A stretch of DNA of 64,000 nt from Eggerthellaceae bacterium (GTDB lineage: Bacteria > Bacillota > Clostridia > Christensenellales > UBA1242), in NCBI GenBank assembly GCA_963602685.1, contig CAVCJG010000001.1, forward strand, positions 122,683 through 186,682, read 5' to 3'. The position numbers and the translations under genes were made by a program. The notes below the pieces were generated by a model. It made no database searches, was not told the origin of the DNA, and saw only the letters and a program-made list of their open reading frames with translations. Of this stretch, positions 45,401 to 54,284 are shown piece after piece (position 1 is the stretch's first letter; each line of letters begins with the position of its first letter).

Positions 45401-45839
45401 ATATGCTGGTGGAATATTGGGAAATGCTTACACGGCTACAACGATAGAATCGTGTTTTGCTGATTTCAAAATTACTTCAAATAAAACAATTACGTTTGGA
45501 TCAATTTTGGGCTATGCTGAATACAACGTTACGATAAAATATTGTGGCGCTAGGATTACTACAACATCGAATCTGCCTGCGACAACAGTTTATGGGAATA
45601 AGAAAACATCGGCAACAGTTACGGCAAACGATTGGTATTCATTGTTAACTATTAGAGGAAATAAAATAAATCGTATTGCCACGACAAGCAGCGGAATGGA
45701 TGGTAAGTTTGGAATGATCTCATCAATTCATGATGGATTGCCAGTTCCACTTGGAATCTACCATGTAAGCCAATATGGAACAACCACAGGCATTGCTTCA
45801 ACCTTAACGGGAAGTAAATACGGCTGCACAACCGCGTAA
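39405..45839 (+). CDS. giant surface protein B (2144 aa): N-terminal anchor, GLUG module at both ends, B-type repeats, beta-rich unknown modules
   Basis: TTG start 4 nt after AAGGAGGAAGG. The N-terminus MIKRKL..LVALSLSFFIFGIVFLSC is homologous to protein A. The architecture is mosaic, with a central ~745 aa and the last ~60 aa nearly identical to A. Confidence 0.9.
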   Translation: MIKRKLSYSKLMYLLVALSLSFFIFGIVFLSCFNVNDNSQDSSEAAITYWTDYAADSFAGGNGTESSPYLIETAAQLARLAKLINNKDTTAAWNSKYYKQTANIDLSTGGHIWYPIGNSSFDEEAENNHTVLKNATVPFKGTYDGDGHIVKGIKNSLLSSTGGLFGSGRGCTIKNVGVLNPERIYGIYGAGSILGAALSFNDSGTTLNDACNVLNCFSAGGTYIGGAKYGAGGIIGYAYIGGIENCYNASSGLVSSSATGGLIGYGVFGVASYSYNIGGMSTSSNYPQGGIFGANGLSSATSVFSVGKRNTSKYAGVSGNCLESGVTPSCSKVFHTAIVDYNQWNMSADPPAITSGGTLSGVSRPSNLETQAKDWSWFSTNIDAGNNNYKLNSTIIENDGYPVLSVFCKNVTANANGGSVVSGNGWPAGSTSTKTMVNGYLNMPTATRTGYTFDGWYTAASGGTKVEPTWADMKESIPSTIYAHWSRNSYSISTDLRGGTTYKNIITPSTICDSWTASTSYSNYMTLQYDAPSGVYTMTNTAAGNDPYATGNQTVYLSTGKTYVMHAICTDNSGVSVTGNPLQVFYGISLGYSEANSKRFGETTTQEFTVSTSGTYNFRFDNDFSYASGGVMKVREFWVAEKSQSTATQSYSVPYQGYYPAANPTKEGYTFAGWKELLNTTTNVTLSTSTSNYNYLPMLTGVVPGTKYEITIGTAKLTSGSASQFTTLIYDFTTSKTLASATNNFGSNVSYTLTCPSSATASNDIRIIIYAGISGATANNAASYSNIQIFSSNVLGSYSALHNTSTASKTYYAQWLPVASKVTFNPNGGTITSGNATDYVTYGATYAGKTNIYRPIFGSLALTNSGNIFSVNVDNSSGTSVKYANFMSSYDGATVQPNTTYTVVIKVTAYSGNQLKINFTSPYDIGSSGLGDTATSTCWFDISNTGVYYKTFTTKANLNGSYFNFRSYIPVDAGKKAIATFQVAVFAGSFNSNPTNSTFEYHEAASGNALPVATRTGYTFDGWFTAETGGTKVSADTIVTNASDHVLYAHWTVNNYDLILSPNDGYYESSSSDRTYTAAYGTTSYFGMPLRTGYTFEGYTHTGSGTLSERKASSGFTSATLKSDSNGAYYNYTFSGTRPSSDSWPSIQYPTYSFTAGKTYVLNFKIRVNSTTDSFAVRHSSIANDWVCPMRGFSGATNGWVDVTLEQTIGENYTRSGSSYTSSPRLEIYMNSTKATGSNGDSYKVDFDIKNIVIYEKGTGKTAFTSIVYTYGAGAGTLTAKWQVKNYSVSIDPNGGTYGGSTTATSVSGNYGTTTTISDPTRTGYTFAGWIATKTDLSTTWAQILYHDAVYGSSLFTSGDNLASNVVNTTTKNSQFATLAKLNLTSYEFLLQYHHTLQAGSSMYAREYNRWKQTSNPATTTEAVSGYEVVSISWNTNTNSTAFQGIARSNSGATFIDGTIGHSDWFYALGSYNEWNGGIPGPSSAETNIVTLYLATDSSLSNFKPTATFKDADALGSNNTYYFKDESVTLKALWIANIYKLTANANGGSIPETTGWSGTGATATKSVVYDTAYGTLPVPTRTGYGFAGWYRSASGGMGVSATTKMGAANVTIYANWELNSYTLTADCNGGTAPSTLPTGWTANGTAPYITLNYDADYGILPVPTRQGYIFAGWWTAASAGSEVNYKTKIGAGDTKIYAHWVESWVKYMSDDNPVLDQADGYYKIDSAAKLARLAYLVNSNADNGKWASYKYKQTADIDLSAHYWQPIGNATYQFKGIFDGTTFDFHNMKTYCGVNGYASYDYYGLFGYTKSAEIRNVNNYDIDMKCREYSGGIVGKSRAGTIENCKVTGKISGISNFTAGITGESSSTIKDCVNYASVTSDYYAVAGIVGDGSGTIENCINYGNITAYEFAGGIVGRAFGGNIENCVNEGNITCTYHMVGGIAGEISYGNIVSCSNLGIVTGLVYVGGIVGQSSSSDDITISQCLNTGDIVITDTDRTTYAGGILGNAYTATTIESCFADFKITSNKTITFGSILGYAEYNVTIKYCGARITTTSNLPATTVYGNKKTSATVTANDWYSLLTIRGNKINRIATTSSGMDGKFGMISSIHDGLPVPLGIYHVSQYGTTTGIASTLTGSKYGCTTA
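39890..40300 (+). repeat. N-terminal GLUG-type repeat region of protein B
   Basis: TGGLFGS, GAGSILGA, GAGGIIGY, TGGLIGY and QGGIFGA motifs follow a YLIETAAQLARLAKLIN..YYKQTANIDL..FKGTYDGDGHIV lead-in. That lead-in parallels the C-terminal module. Confidence 0.6.
42541..44780 (+). repeat. long paralogous segment shared with 8571..10808
   Basis: See the feature at 8571. The two segments are colinear, in direct orientation and about 34 kb apart. Confidence 0.9.
44815..45560 (+). repeat. C-terminal GLUG-type repeat region of protein B
   Basis: SGGIVGK, VAGIVGD, AGGIVGR, VGGIAGE, VGGIVGQ and AGGILGN motifs. The sequence diverges from the equivalent region of A. Confidence 0.6.
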
Positions 45840-45860
45840 AAATCACAATTATAAACATTA

Positions 45861-45897
45861 AAAAAGAGAGTGAATTTCACTCTCTTTTTGTTTTTTT
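45861..45897. terminator. bidirectional rho-independent terminator
   Basis: Perfect 9-bp stem agagagtga/tcactctct with loop att, flanked by A5 and a T-rich run. Confidence 0.75.
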
Positions 45898-45901
45898 AAT
45901 T

Positions 45902-46633
45902 TTAAATTTTAGGGTCAAAACCTTCAAATATAACGTTGTCGCAATACTTTACAACTCTTAAATATTCTTCTTGGCTTTTTACTGTCCAAGCAAGAAGTGG
46001 AAGCTTTTTGTATTTTCTTACAAATCTGTTTGGAAGAGTTTTTGCTTCATACATAATAAAATCTGCGCCAGCAATCTTTTTTGCAAAAATCATACGTTTA
46101 AGTCCCCAGCGGGTCATAAACTTCATTTTCACATTTTTTAAATAACCTGCAAGTTGACCTCTAAGAATTTGAGGGGCGTGTTGTTTAAAATATCCAAGAG
46201 AAAGGGGATTAAATGATGCAATAGCAATTTGACCTTTATATTCGGCCAAGATGTCAATAATCTTTTGTTCAAACTCGCCAACTTTTGCGTTGTTTTTAAC
46301 TTCGATAATCACAGGTGCTTCGCCGGCAATCGCTTCGAGTGCTTCTTGAAGAGTAGGGATGCTTTCTTTGCTGCCTTTAAGTTTCAACATAGGCAAATCT
46401 TGTTTTGTTAAAAATTTAACATATCCGTCGTTGCCGGTCATTCTTGAAAGGCTTTCGTCGTGGAAAACAACGACAGTGCCATCAGAAAGCATTTGAACAT
46501 CAAGTTCAATAGCGTATCCTGATTTGATTGCATTTTTAAAAGCAGAAATAGAATTTTCAGGGCAGTCGGCATTATGAAGCCCACGATGCGCGATAGGGGT
46601 TTCAACAAGCCAAGATTTAAAGATGTCAGTCAT
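45902..46633 (-). CDS. glycerophosphodiester phosphodiesterase (GDPD family)
   Basis: IAHRGL..PENS..AF..YAIELDVQ..DGTVVVFHD motifs. Confidence 0.85.
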   Translation of the reverse strand: MTDIFKSWLVETPIAHRGLHNADCPENSISAFKNAIKSGYAIELDVQMLSDGTVVVFHDESLSRMTGNDGYVKFLTKQDLPMLKLKGSKESIPTLQEALEAIAGEAPVIIEVKNNAKVGEFEQKIIDILAEYKGQIAIASFNPLSLGYFKQHAPQILRGQLAGYLKNVKMKFMTRWGLKRMIFAKKIAGADFIMYEAKTLPNRFVRKYKKLPLLAWTVKSQEEYLRVVKYCDNVIFEGFDPKI

Positions 46634-46749
46634 ATTTAAAAATCCTTTAGATTGATTATTTTACACACTAAGTATACAACATGTCGTGATTTTTCACAAA
46701 GCATTTTTAATATTTTTTCAAATAATTTGATTTGATAATTAAAAAATGA

Positions 46750-46777
46750 TTGTTTTTTTGGCGAATTTTGATATACT
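46750..46777 (+). promoter_or_regulatory. promoter with extended -10 placed 6 nt before the lepA ATG (leaderless candidate)
   Basis: TTGTTT (46750-46755), a 16-nt spacer, TGaTATACT (46769-46777), then tatcac and the ATG at 46784. No SD is present. Confidence 0.45.
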
Positions 46778-46783
46778 TATCAC

Positions 46784-48580
46784 ATGGAAAACATCAGAAA
46801 TTTTTGCATCATCGCACATATTGACCATGGAAAGAGCACGCTGGCTGACCGCTTGATGGAACAAACAGGCTCGGTCGCAAAAAGGGATATGCAGTCGCAA
46901 CTTTTAGACAGCATGGAACTCGAACGCGAAAAGGGGATCACAATAAAACTTACCCCAACAAGAATGAACTATTCATACAATGGTCAAGATTATGTTTTAA
47001 ACCTTATTGACACTCCGGGGCACGTGGACTTCACTTACGAAGTTTCGCGTTCTCTTGCCGCGTGCGAAGGCGCAATTTTGATTGTTGACGCATCGCAAGG
47101 GGTTGAAGCGCAAACGCTTGCAAACGCCTATCTTGCGCTTGATGCAAACCTTGAAATATTGCCAGTTATAAACAAAATCGATCTTCCTTCGGCTCGTGTA
47201 GAAGACGCAAAAAAAGAGATTGAAGAAGTGGTCGGCCTTCCAGCAGAAGATGCACCTTGCATTTCTGCAAAAGAAGGAATTAACATTGATAAAGTTCTCG
47301 AAAAGATTGTAACCGACATTCCTGCGCCAAAAATCGATTTAGATTCGCCGCTCAAATGTCTGATTTTCGACAGCGTTTATGACAATTTTAAAGGCGCAGT
47401 CTGCCTTATCCGTGTTTTTGACGGAGAAGTGAAAGCCGGCGATGAAGTTTTGTTTATGCAAACAGGAAGAAAATATGAAGTCACAGAAGTGGGTATTTTC
47501 AATCCTAAAATGCAGCCGACCAGCAGTTTAAAGTCGGGCGAAGTTGGCTATCTTGCCGCTTCAATCAAAAGCCTATCAGATGTGCATGTGGGCGATACAA
47601 TAACGCACACACTTGCGCCAACAGCACACGCTTTGCCAGGTTATAAAGTTGTTCAGCCTGTCGTTTTTTGCGGCGTTTTCGCAGTAGACGGCTCAAAATA
47701 TAACGAACTTAAAGAGGCTCTTTTAAAACTTAAAATCAACGATGCTAGTTTGCAGTTTTCGCCAGAAGTTTCGCAAGCCCTTGGTTTTGGCTTTAGATGC
47801 GGATTTTTGGGACTTCTGCACCTTGAAATCATCACCGAACGCATCGAACGCGAGTTTAATATCGACATTATTACGACAGCGCCAAGCGTGTCATACAAGG
47901 TTATAAAAACAAACGGCGACGAACTAGAAATTTCAAATCCGGCAAACCTGCCTTCGCCAGTTGAAATTGAAAAGATTTTCGAACCAATGGTGGCCGCCAG
48001 CATATTCACTCCGCCAGCATACGTTGGCGCAATCATGCAGTTGTGCCAAGACAAGCGCGGTGTTTACAAAAACATGGTTTACCTTGATGCGACCAGAGTG
48101 CGCCTTGAATATTCGCTGCCACTCGGCGAAATCATCTATGACTTTTTTGACAGACTCAAATCGGCGACGAAAGGCTATGCAAGTTTTGACTATGAAATGG
48201 ACGGATTCGCGCCAAGCAAACTTGTAAAACTTGACATACTTTTAAATGGCGAAAAATGCGATGCGCTTTCTCTTATCGTGCATGAAGACAGCGCTTATGT
48301 CCGCGGCAGAGCCATCACCGAAAAACTTAAAAAAATCATTCCAAGACAACTTTTTGAAGTGCCTATTCAAGCAGCAATCGGCAACAAAATCATCGCTCGT
48401 GAAACAATCAGCGCGCTCAGAAAAGACGTGCTTGCAAAGTGTTATGGCGGTGACGTAACCCGAAAGCGCAAACTGCTTGAAAAGCAAAAAGAAGGCAAAA
48501 AGCGTATGCGTCAAATAGGCTCGGTTGAAATTCCGTCCGAAGCGTTTTTGTCAATCTTAAAATTGGACGACGAACAATGA
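46784..48580 (+). CDS. lepA: translation elongation factor 4
   Basis: [28 protein letters not shown] and NKIDL GTPase motifs, plus the characteristic LepA C-terminus. Confidence 0.95.
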   Translation: MENIRNFCIIAHIDHGKSTLADRLMEQTGSVAKRDMQSQLLDSMELEREKGITIKLTPTRMNYSYNGQDYVLNLIDTPGHVDFTYEVSRSLAACEGAILIVDASQGVEAQTLANAYLALDANLEILPVINKIDLPSARVEDAKKEIEEVVGLPAEDAPCISAKEGINIDKVLEKIVTDIPAPKIDLDSPLKCLIFDSVYDNFKGAVCLIRVFDGEVKAGDEVLFMQTGRKYEVTEVGIFNPKMQPTSSLKSGEVGYLAASIKSLSDVHVGDTITHTLAPTAHALPGYKVVQPVVFCGVFAVDGSKYNELKEALLKLKINDASLQFSPEVSQALGFGFRCGFLGLLHLEIITERIEREFNIDIITTAPSVSYKVIKTNGDELEISNPANLPSPVEIEKIFEPMVAASIFTPPAYVGAIMQLCQDKRGVYKNMVYLDATRVRLEYSLPLGEIIYDFFDRLKSATKGYASFDYEMDGFAPSKLVKLDILLNGEKCDALSLIVHEDSAYVRGRAITEKLKKIIPRQLFEVPIQAAIGNKIIARETISALRKDVLAKCYGGDVTRKRKLLEKQKEGKKRMRQIGSVEIPSEAFLSILKLDDEQ

Positions 48581-49659
48581 TGGGAATATACGTTCACATT
48601 CCGTTTTGCGACAGCAAATGTGCTTATTGTGCATTTGCTTCTTTTGTTGTGTCAAATCAAATTAAGCGTGAATATTTTGACCACTTGCAAGCAGAAATTG
48701 CCGCCAGCTCAGAGAAAGGAAAAGTGGATTCAATTTACTTTGGCGGGGGAACACCTTCATCAGTTGATGCTGAGTTTATAGTCAACATTTTAAAATTGTT
48801 AAAAGAAAAATTTGACGTCACTCCTGGCGCCGAAATAACCATCGAATGCAATCCTTGCTCGACCACAAAACAAAAGTTGGAAGCCTATAAAAAGGCGGGA
48901 TTCAATCGCATAAGTTTTGGCGTGCAAAGTCTTGATGATGACGCGCTTTCACTTATCGGCAGAAGGCACACAAGGGCTCAGGCGTTGCAAGCAATCGCCC
49001 TTGCTAGCGAAGTGGGATTTGAAAACATTTCGGCCGATTTGCTGCTTTCGATTCCGCAAGGCGATGTCGCATCTGATGCTCAAAAACTGATAGAAAGCGG
49101 AGTAAAACACATCTCGGCATATATGCTTCAAATCGAAGACGGCACGCCGCTAAAACGCAAAGTAGAAAGCGGCGAAATAAAATTAAAAGATGAAGACCAA
49201 ACCGTCGACGATTATCAAAAATTAACGTTATTTTTGCAAAAAAACGGTCTAAATCGCTATGAAATCAGCAATTTTGCTTATTCTGGCTGCGAAAGCAGGC
49301 ACAACAGCCACTATTGGACGGGAGAAAAATATTTAGGTTTTGGGCTCGGCGCGCACTCGTTTGATGGCAAGTTTATTCGCCAAGCAAATGCTTGCAATTT
49401 CGCTGATTATTATGCCGGCAAGAAAACCTGCGAAAACCTTTCACCAAAAGAGCGCGACGAAGAAATCATTATGCTTGGACTTAGGTGCAAATATGGATTT
49501 AACCTAAAAAAACTCTCTTTTGACCTTGCTTCTCAGCCTGAATTTGAAAAACTTTTAAAACAGAATGTGCTCAATTTGCAGGGGACAAAAGTCACTTTAA
49601 ATCCCGACTTTTATCCGGTGTCAAATTCGGTTATAATAAATCTAACAAAAAATCTTTAA
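48577..49659 (+). CDS. hemW: radical SAM heme chaperone HemW (HemN-like)
   Basis: [16 protein letters not shown] CxxxCxxC motif and GGGTPS. ATGA overlap with lepA, the usual lepA-hemW pairing. Confidence 0.85.
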   Translation: MMGIYVHIPFCDSKCAYCAFASFVVSNQIKREYFDHLQAEIAASSEKGKVDSIYFGGGTPSSVDAEFIVNILKLLKEKFDVTPGAEITIECNPCSTTKQKLEAYKKAGFNRISFGVQSLDDDALSLIGRRHTRAQALQAIALASEVGFENISADLLLSIPQGDVASDAQKLIESGVKHISAYMLQIEDGTPLKRKVESGEIKLKDEDQTVDDYQKLTLFLQKNGLNRYEISNFAYSGCESRHNSHYWTGEKYLGFGLGAHSFDGKFIRQANACNFADYYAGKKTCENLSPKERDEEIIMLGLRCKYGFNLKKLSFDLASQPEFEKLLKQNVLNLQGTKVTLNPDFYPVSNSVIINLTKNL

Positions 49660-49667
49660 ATAATACT

Positions 49668-49696
49668 TGCAATAAAAATTTGTCTATGCTATAATG
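49668..49696 (+). promoter_or_regulatory. promoter of the ylxM-ffh operon
   Basis: TTGCAA (49668-49673), a 17-nt spacer, then an extended -10 TGcTATAAT (49688-49696). Confidence 0.6.
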
Positions 49697-49733
49697 CAAA
49701 TGTAAAGCAAAACTACTTTACGGAGAAAAACAG

Positions 49734-49976
49734 ATGAGTTTAGAAAACAACTTGCTTTTGGCTCAACTTTTTGACCTGTATGGACCGCTGCTGTCGCCCG
49801 CTCAGCAAAGCGTGATGAAAGAGTATATTTTAAATGATTTCACGATTTCAGAAATCGCTGAAAATCAAGGCGTTTCCAGACAGGCAATCAAAGATGCAGT
49901 TTCAAAAGCAGAACAAAAACTTAAAAGTTATGAAAACAAACTTGGTTTTTTAAAAAGACTTAACGGGGAGAAATAA
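49734..49976 (+). CDS. ylxM: YlxM/UPF0122 putative DNA-binding protein
   Basis: 80 aa, sigma-70 region-4-like HTH (ISEIAENQGVSRQAIKDAV), immediately upstream of ffh. Confidence 0.8.
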   Translation: MSLENNLLLAQLFDLYGPLLSPAQQSVMKEYILNDFTISEIAENQGVSRQAIKDAVSKAEQKLKSYENKLGFLKRLNGEK

Positions 49977-51283
49977 TGGCACTTTTTTCATCATTATCCG
50001 AAAGATTCAACCACATATTTTCCAAGTTGACAAAGCGCGGCAGACTTACCGAACTTGAAATTAAAGAGGCAATGCGCGAAGTGCGAATTGCGTTGCTTGA
50101 AGCCGACGTCAACTATATGGTGGCAAAAGATTTCATCAAAAAAGTATCTGAAAAAGCAGTCGGCGACGAAGTAATGAAAAGTCTGACTCCAGCTCAACAG
50201 GTTATCAAAATCGTGAGAGACGAACTCACCGAACTTATGAGTTCAAATTCACAAAAATTGACTATTAGTTCCGCTCCACCAACAATTATAATGTTGTGTG
50301 GCTTGCAGGGAGCAGGCAAAACCACAATGTGCGCAAAACTTGGCGCGCATCTTAAAAAAAGCGGCAAAAAACCTTTGCTCGTTGCGTGCGACATCTATCG
50401 TCCGGCTGCAATATCGCAACTTCAAGTTGTGGGCAAACAAGCCAATGTCGAAGTGTTTGAACGCGGCACTCAAAACCCAGTAAAAACGGCAAAAGAAGCA
50501 ATCGAATACGCCAAAAAACAGGGCTTTGATGTTGTTATCTTAGACACAGCGGGCAGATTGCACATAAACGAAGAGTTGATGGACGAACTCAAAAACATCA
50601 AATCTGCTGTTCATCCAACCGAAATCTTGCTCACTCTTGATTCAATGACTGGACAAGACGCTGTAAATGTTGCAGAATCATTCAACAACGCGCTTGACGT
50701 TACCGGATTTATTCTTACAAAACTTGATGGTGACACTCGCGGCGGGGCAGCACTTTCAATCAAAGCAATCACCGGCAAGCCAATCAAATTTACCGGTGTG
50801 GGCGAAAAAATCGGCGACATCGAACCGTTTTATCCCGACAGAATTGCAAGCCGAATCTTAGGCATGGGCGACGTGCTTTCGCTTATCGAAAAGGCACAAG
50901 AAGCCGTGACCGAAGAAGAAGCCAAGGCAATGGAAAAGAAATTCCGTGAAAATTCATTTACACTTGATGACTATCTTGTGCAAATTGAAAGCATGAAAAA
51001 GATGGGCTCACTTAAAGACATCTTGTCAATGATTCCTGGGCTCAGCAGCAAACTCAAAGGCGTTGAAATCGACGAAAATGAGTTGCAAATCAATAAACAT
51101 ATCATCCAATCAATGACGCCGGAAGAGCGTCAAAATCCCGACATCATCAAAGCGTCGCGCAGACAAAGAATTGCAAAAGGCAGCGGAACAAGCGTTCAGC
51201 AAGTAAACAAGCTGTTAAGGCAATTCGCTCAGTCCAAAGAGATGATGAAACAAATGAAAAACAAAAAAGGACTGAGATTTTAA
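49976..51283 (+). CDS. ffh: signal recognition particle protein
   Basis: GLQGAGKTT, DTAGR and TKLDGD GTPase motifs, with a Met-rich M domain. Confidence 0.95.
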   Translation: MALFSSLSERFNHIFSKLTKRGRLTELEIKEAMREVRIALLEADVNYMVAKDFIKKVSEKAVGDEVMKSLTPAQQVIKIVRDELTELMSSNSQKLTISSAPPTIIMLCGLQGAGKTTMCAKLGAHLKKSGKKPLLVACDIYRPAAISQLQVVGKQANVEVFERGTQNPVKTAKEAIEYAKKQGFDVVILDTAGRLHINEELMDELKNIKSAVHPTEILLTLDSMTGQDAVNVAESFNNALDVTGFILTKLDGDTRGGAALSIKAITGKPIKFTGVGEKIGDIEPFYPDRIASRILGMGDVLSLIEKAQEAVTEEEAKAMEKKFRENSFTLDDYLVQIESMKKMGSLKDILSMIPGLSSKLKGVEIDENELQINKHIIQSMTPEERQNPDIIKASRRQRIAKGSGTSVQQVNKLLRQFAQSKEMMKQMKNKKGLRF

Positions 51284-51362
51284 TTCGTTACATGATTGCG
51301 AAAGCAATTTTGTATAAAGGTTCGCACAAAGCGAAATCACAAAAATTAACAAGGAGGAAAAC

Positions 51363-51614
51363 ATGGCAGTTAAAATTAGACTTACAAGACTTGGTGACAA
51401 AAAATCACCTTTCTACAGAGTTGTCGTTGCTGATTCAAGAAGCCCAAGAGATGGAAAATTCATCGAAGTTCTTGGAACATACGATCCACTCAAAAACCCT
51501 GCAGAAGTTAAAGTTGACACAGAAAAAGCTTCAAAATGGCTTAAAAACGGCGCAACTCCAACGGAAACAGCAAAATCTGTTCTTGTAAAAGCAGGCGTAA
51601 TCGAAAAGAAGTAA
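51363..51614 (+). CDS. rpsP: 30S ribosomal protein S16
   Basis: [31 protein letters not shown]; RBS AAGGAGGAAAA. Confidence 0.95.
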   Translation: MAVKIRLTRLGDKKSPFYRVVVADSRSPRDGKFIEVLGTYDPLKNPAEVKVDTEKASKWLKNGATPTETAKSVLVKAGVIEKK

Positions 51615-51623
51615 GGAGAAGAC

Positions 51624-51854
51624 ATGAAAGAACTCGTTGAATACATCGTTCGCAACCTTGTAGAAGACAAAGACGCAGTTAAAGTCACAATCGAAGAAAA
51701 CGACGACGAAACTGTTGTTAGAGTTTCAGTTGCAGACGAAGATATGGGAAGAGTTATAGGCAAAAACGGAAAGGTTGCATCAAGCATCCGCACTATTGTT
51801 AAATCTCTTGCCGGAAAAGAAAGAAGAAAAACTTTCGTTAAATTTGGAGAATAA
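51624..51854 (+). CDS. KH-domain RNA-binding protein (YlqC family)
   Basis: 76 aa, VIGKNGKVASSIRTIV KH motif, in the conserved slot between rpsP and rimM. Confidence 0.8.
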   Translation: MKELVEYIVRNLVEDKDAVKVTIEENDDETVVRVSVADEDMGRVIGKNGKVASSIRTIVKSLAGKERRKTFVKFGE

Positions 51855-52342
51855 TGGAAAATTTACTCATCGCTAAAGTTTCAAAGCCACAGGGCATCAA
51901 AGGTGAATTAAAATGTCAACTATTCACCGATGTTCTTGTGGCTGTAACAAAGGCGAAAAAGGTGATTATTGAAGGGAATGAGTGCGATGTCCAATATGCA
52001 AAGGTGCGCAATGGTGACCTTTATTTAAAACTGTTGGGCATAAACGACCGCAATAACGCCGAAATCTTCAGAAATTGCGAAATCTATCTTCCGAAAAGCG
52101 AAATCGAATCCGAAAAAACCGAAGACTTTTTAGTCGACGATTTGCTTGGCATGGTTCTTTACGATCAGCAAGGAAAACAAGTCGGACAAATTGTTGACTA
52201 TGAAGATTATGGCTCGGCAGCAATACTTTCAATCGACGATGGCGGGCACGTATATGAAGTTCCTTACATCGCCGAAGTTTTTATTACTGACGGAGACAAA
52301 TTGGTTGTAAATCGAAAAGCATACGAGGAAAGCCGAATATGA
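51854..52342 (+). CDS. rimM: 16S rRNA processing protein RimM
   Basis: IAKVSKPQGIKGELK N-terminus plus synteny. Confidence 0.85.
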   Translation: MENLLIAKVSKPQGIKGELKCQLFTDVLVAVTKAKKVIIEGNECDVQYAKVRNGDLYLKLLGINDRNNAEIFRNCEIYLPKSEIESEKTEDFLVDDLLGMVLYDQQGKQVGQIVDYEDYGSAAILSIDDGGHVYEVPYIAEVFITDGDKLVVNRKAYEESRI

Positions 52343-53019
52343 AAATAGACATTCTTACGCTTTTTCCAGAAAGTTTTGCGCCCTTTAAAGAGAGTATAAT
52401 TTCTCGTGCGCAAAAAAACGGAGTGATTGAAATTAACATCATAAACATACGTGATTTCACGCTCGACAAACATAAAAAATGTGACGACACACCTTTTGGC
52501 GGAGGGGCAGGCATGCTGATGAGCGTTCAGCCTGTTTACGACGCAGTTAAAAGTGTGCTTACAGATAAAAGCAAAGTGGTTTATCCTTCACCAAGCGGAA
52601 GGGTGTTCAACAGTGCAATTTCGCAACAACTCGCACAAAATGAACACTTGATTTTTATCTGTGGGCATTATGAAGGCATCGACCAACGACTTATCGAACT
52701 TTTTGACGCCGACGAAATTTCAATCGGCGACTATGTTTTGACAGGCGGCGAAATTCCAACCATGGCAATCGTCGATAGTCTGTTAAGGTTTGTTCCTGGC
52801 GTGCTTAAAGAGGGCAGTTTAGAAGAAGAAAGTTTTTCAAATGGACTTCTTGAATATCCTCAATACACAAGACCTCAAGTATTTGAAGGGTTGGCTGTGC
52901 CCGAAGTTCTTTTAAGTGGTAATCATCAAGAAATTGCAAAATTTCGCCATGCCGAATCGCTTAAAAAAACGCAAAGGGTTAGACCTGACCTTCTCAAAGG
53001 AGAAAAATTTGAAAATTAA
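52339..53019 (+). CDS. trmD: tRNA (guanine37-N1)-methyltransferase
   Basis: MKIDILTLFPE, DDTPFGGGAGM and YVLTGGE motifs. Confidence 0.95.
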   Translation: MKIDILTLFPESFAPFKESIISRAQKNGVIEINIINIRDFTLDKHKKCDDTPFGGGAGMLMSVQPVYDAVKSVLTDKSKVVYPSPSGRVFNSAISQQLAQNEHLIFICGHYEGIDQRLIELFDADEISIGDYVLTGGEIPTMAIVDSLLRFVPGVLKEGSLEEESFSNGLLEYPQYTRPQVFEGLAVPEVLLSGNHQEIAKFRHAESLKKTQRVRPDLLKGEKFEN

Positions 53020-53824
53020 TTGGTTTCCCGGACATATGAAGAAAGCGCTCGACGAAATGCGAGCCGAATTAAACAAGGCGGATGCAGTCGTCTATGTTTT
53101 GGATTCACGCGCACCAAAAAGTTGCTTGAATCCCGAGCTTTCTCGCTTGACCAATGGGAAGCCAATTTTATATATTCTCAACAAAATTGATTTGACCGAC
53201 TTTGCGCGACTTGAAAGCATTAAAAACACGTTTAAAGGCGACGGATTTGACTATCTTATGCTCAATTCCACCCAAAGTGGCTCAGCGAAAGATGTATGCA
53301 CAAAAATCCGCAGTTTGTGCAGCGCAAAAGTTAAAAAATTCGAAAGCAAAGGCATCGGCGTAACCTTGCGCGCAATAGTTGTAGGCGTGCCTAATTGCGG
53401 GAAGAGCACGCTTGTAAACAACCTTTGCAAAAAAGCAAAAGCAGTCACCGGCGACCGCCCAGGCGTCACAAAAGGCAAGCAGTGGTTTAAAATCGGAACA
53501 GGCGTTGAAATCTGCGACACACCGGGAACGCTTTATCCAAACCTGTCAAACCAAGAAATCGCAAAAACCTTGGCGTTTATCGGCAGCATTCGAGACGAAA
53601 TTCTCGACGAAGTCGAAGTCGCCACCGAACTTTTGTCGCGAATTGAAAAATTGTATCCATCGGCAATCGAAACTCGTTTTAAAGGCGCAAAAACTCTCGA
53701 AGAAATCTGCCGCGTCCGTGCCTATCTTTTGTCGGGCGGCGAACTCGATATTTCTCGTGCAGCGAAAGCGGTTATCAGTGAATTTAGAAGCGGCAAACTT
53801 GGCAAACTTATGATTGAAGAATAA
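53009..53824 (+). CDS. rbgA: ribosome biogenesis GTPase A (YlqF)
   Basis: The TTG at 53009 follows AAAGGAGAAAAA and gives MKINWFPGHMKKA, the canonical YlqF N-terminus. The circularly permuted GTPase motifs NKIDL then GVPNCGKST are present. The longer track ORF from 52916 overlaps trmD. Confidence 0.85.
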   Translation: MKINWFPGHMKKALDEMRAELNKADAVVYVLDSRAPKSCLNPELSRLTNGKPILYILNKIDLTDFARLESIKNTFKGDGFDYLMLNSTQSGSAKDVCTKIRSLCSAKVKKFESKGIGVTLRAIVVGVPNCGKSTLVNNLCKKAKAVTGDRPGVTKGKQWFKIGTGVEICDTPGTLYPNLSNQEIAKTLAFIGSIRDEILDEVEVATELLSRIEKLYPSAIETRFKGAKTLEEICRVRAYLLSGGELDISRAAKAVISEFRSGKLGKLMIEE

Positions 53825-54171
53825 TGAAAAAAGAAAATAAAACAAAAGGCCAAAAATATGAAATTTTGGCTCAGAATTATTTGAAAAAACACGGCTTTAG
53901 CATAGTCGATACAAACGTATCCAATTTTTGCGGCGAAATTGATATTATTGCAAAGGAAAATGACACATATGTGTTTGTCGAAGTGAAGGGCAGAGATTCA
54001 GCAGCATTCGGCGCGCCATATGAGGCAGTTACGCCTTATAAACAAAACAAAATCCGCCGCGCAGCCCAAGCCTATTTAAAAAGCAAACATTTGCTTGATA
54101 GGTGCGAAGTCCGCTTTGATGTGCTAAGCATTATCGGCGATGAAATAGAACATTTAATTGACGCTTTTTAA
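53824..54171 (+). CDS. YraN-family (UPF0102) endonuclease-like protein
   Basis: 115 aa, GEIDIIA..VFVEVKGR motif. Confidence 0.8.
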   Translation: MKKENKTKGQKYEILAQNYLKKHGFSIVDTNVSNFCGEIDIIAKENDTYVFVEVKGRDSAAFGAPYEAVTPYKQNKIRRAAQAYLKSKHLLDRCEVRFDVLSIIGDEIEHLIDAF

Positions 54172-54254
54172 CGACAAAACAAAATAGCCGAACAAATTAT
54201 CGCAACAAAACAAAAGCGCGTAAAAATGCGCAAAACAGACGCTAAAAACGCATA

Positions 54255-54284
54255 AAAAAAACACCTTTAAAAGGTGTTTTTATT
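54255..54284. terminator. bidirectional terminator between yraN-like and GT4 genes
   Basis: Stem acacctt/aaggtgt flanked by A8 and T5. Confidence 0.7.

Noticed and set aside
51292-51588. ORF 51292..51588 (+) overlapping rpsP
   Set aside because: It is out of frame with the unmistakable S16 sequence, and its start lies in the ffh-rpsP spacer without an RBS.
52916-53008. Longer rbgA ORF starting at 52916
   Set aside because: It overlaps about 100 nt of trmD in another frame. The TTG at 53009 with a strong RBS yields the conserved MKINWFPGHM start.
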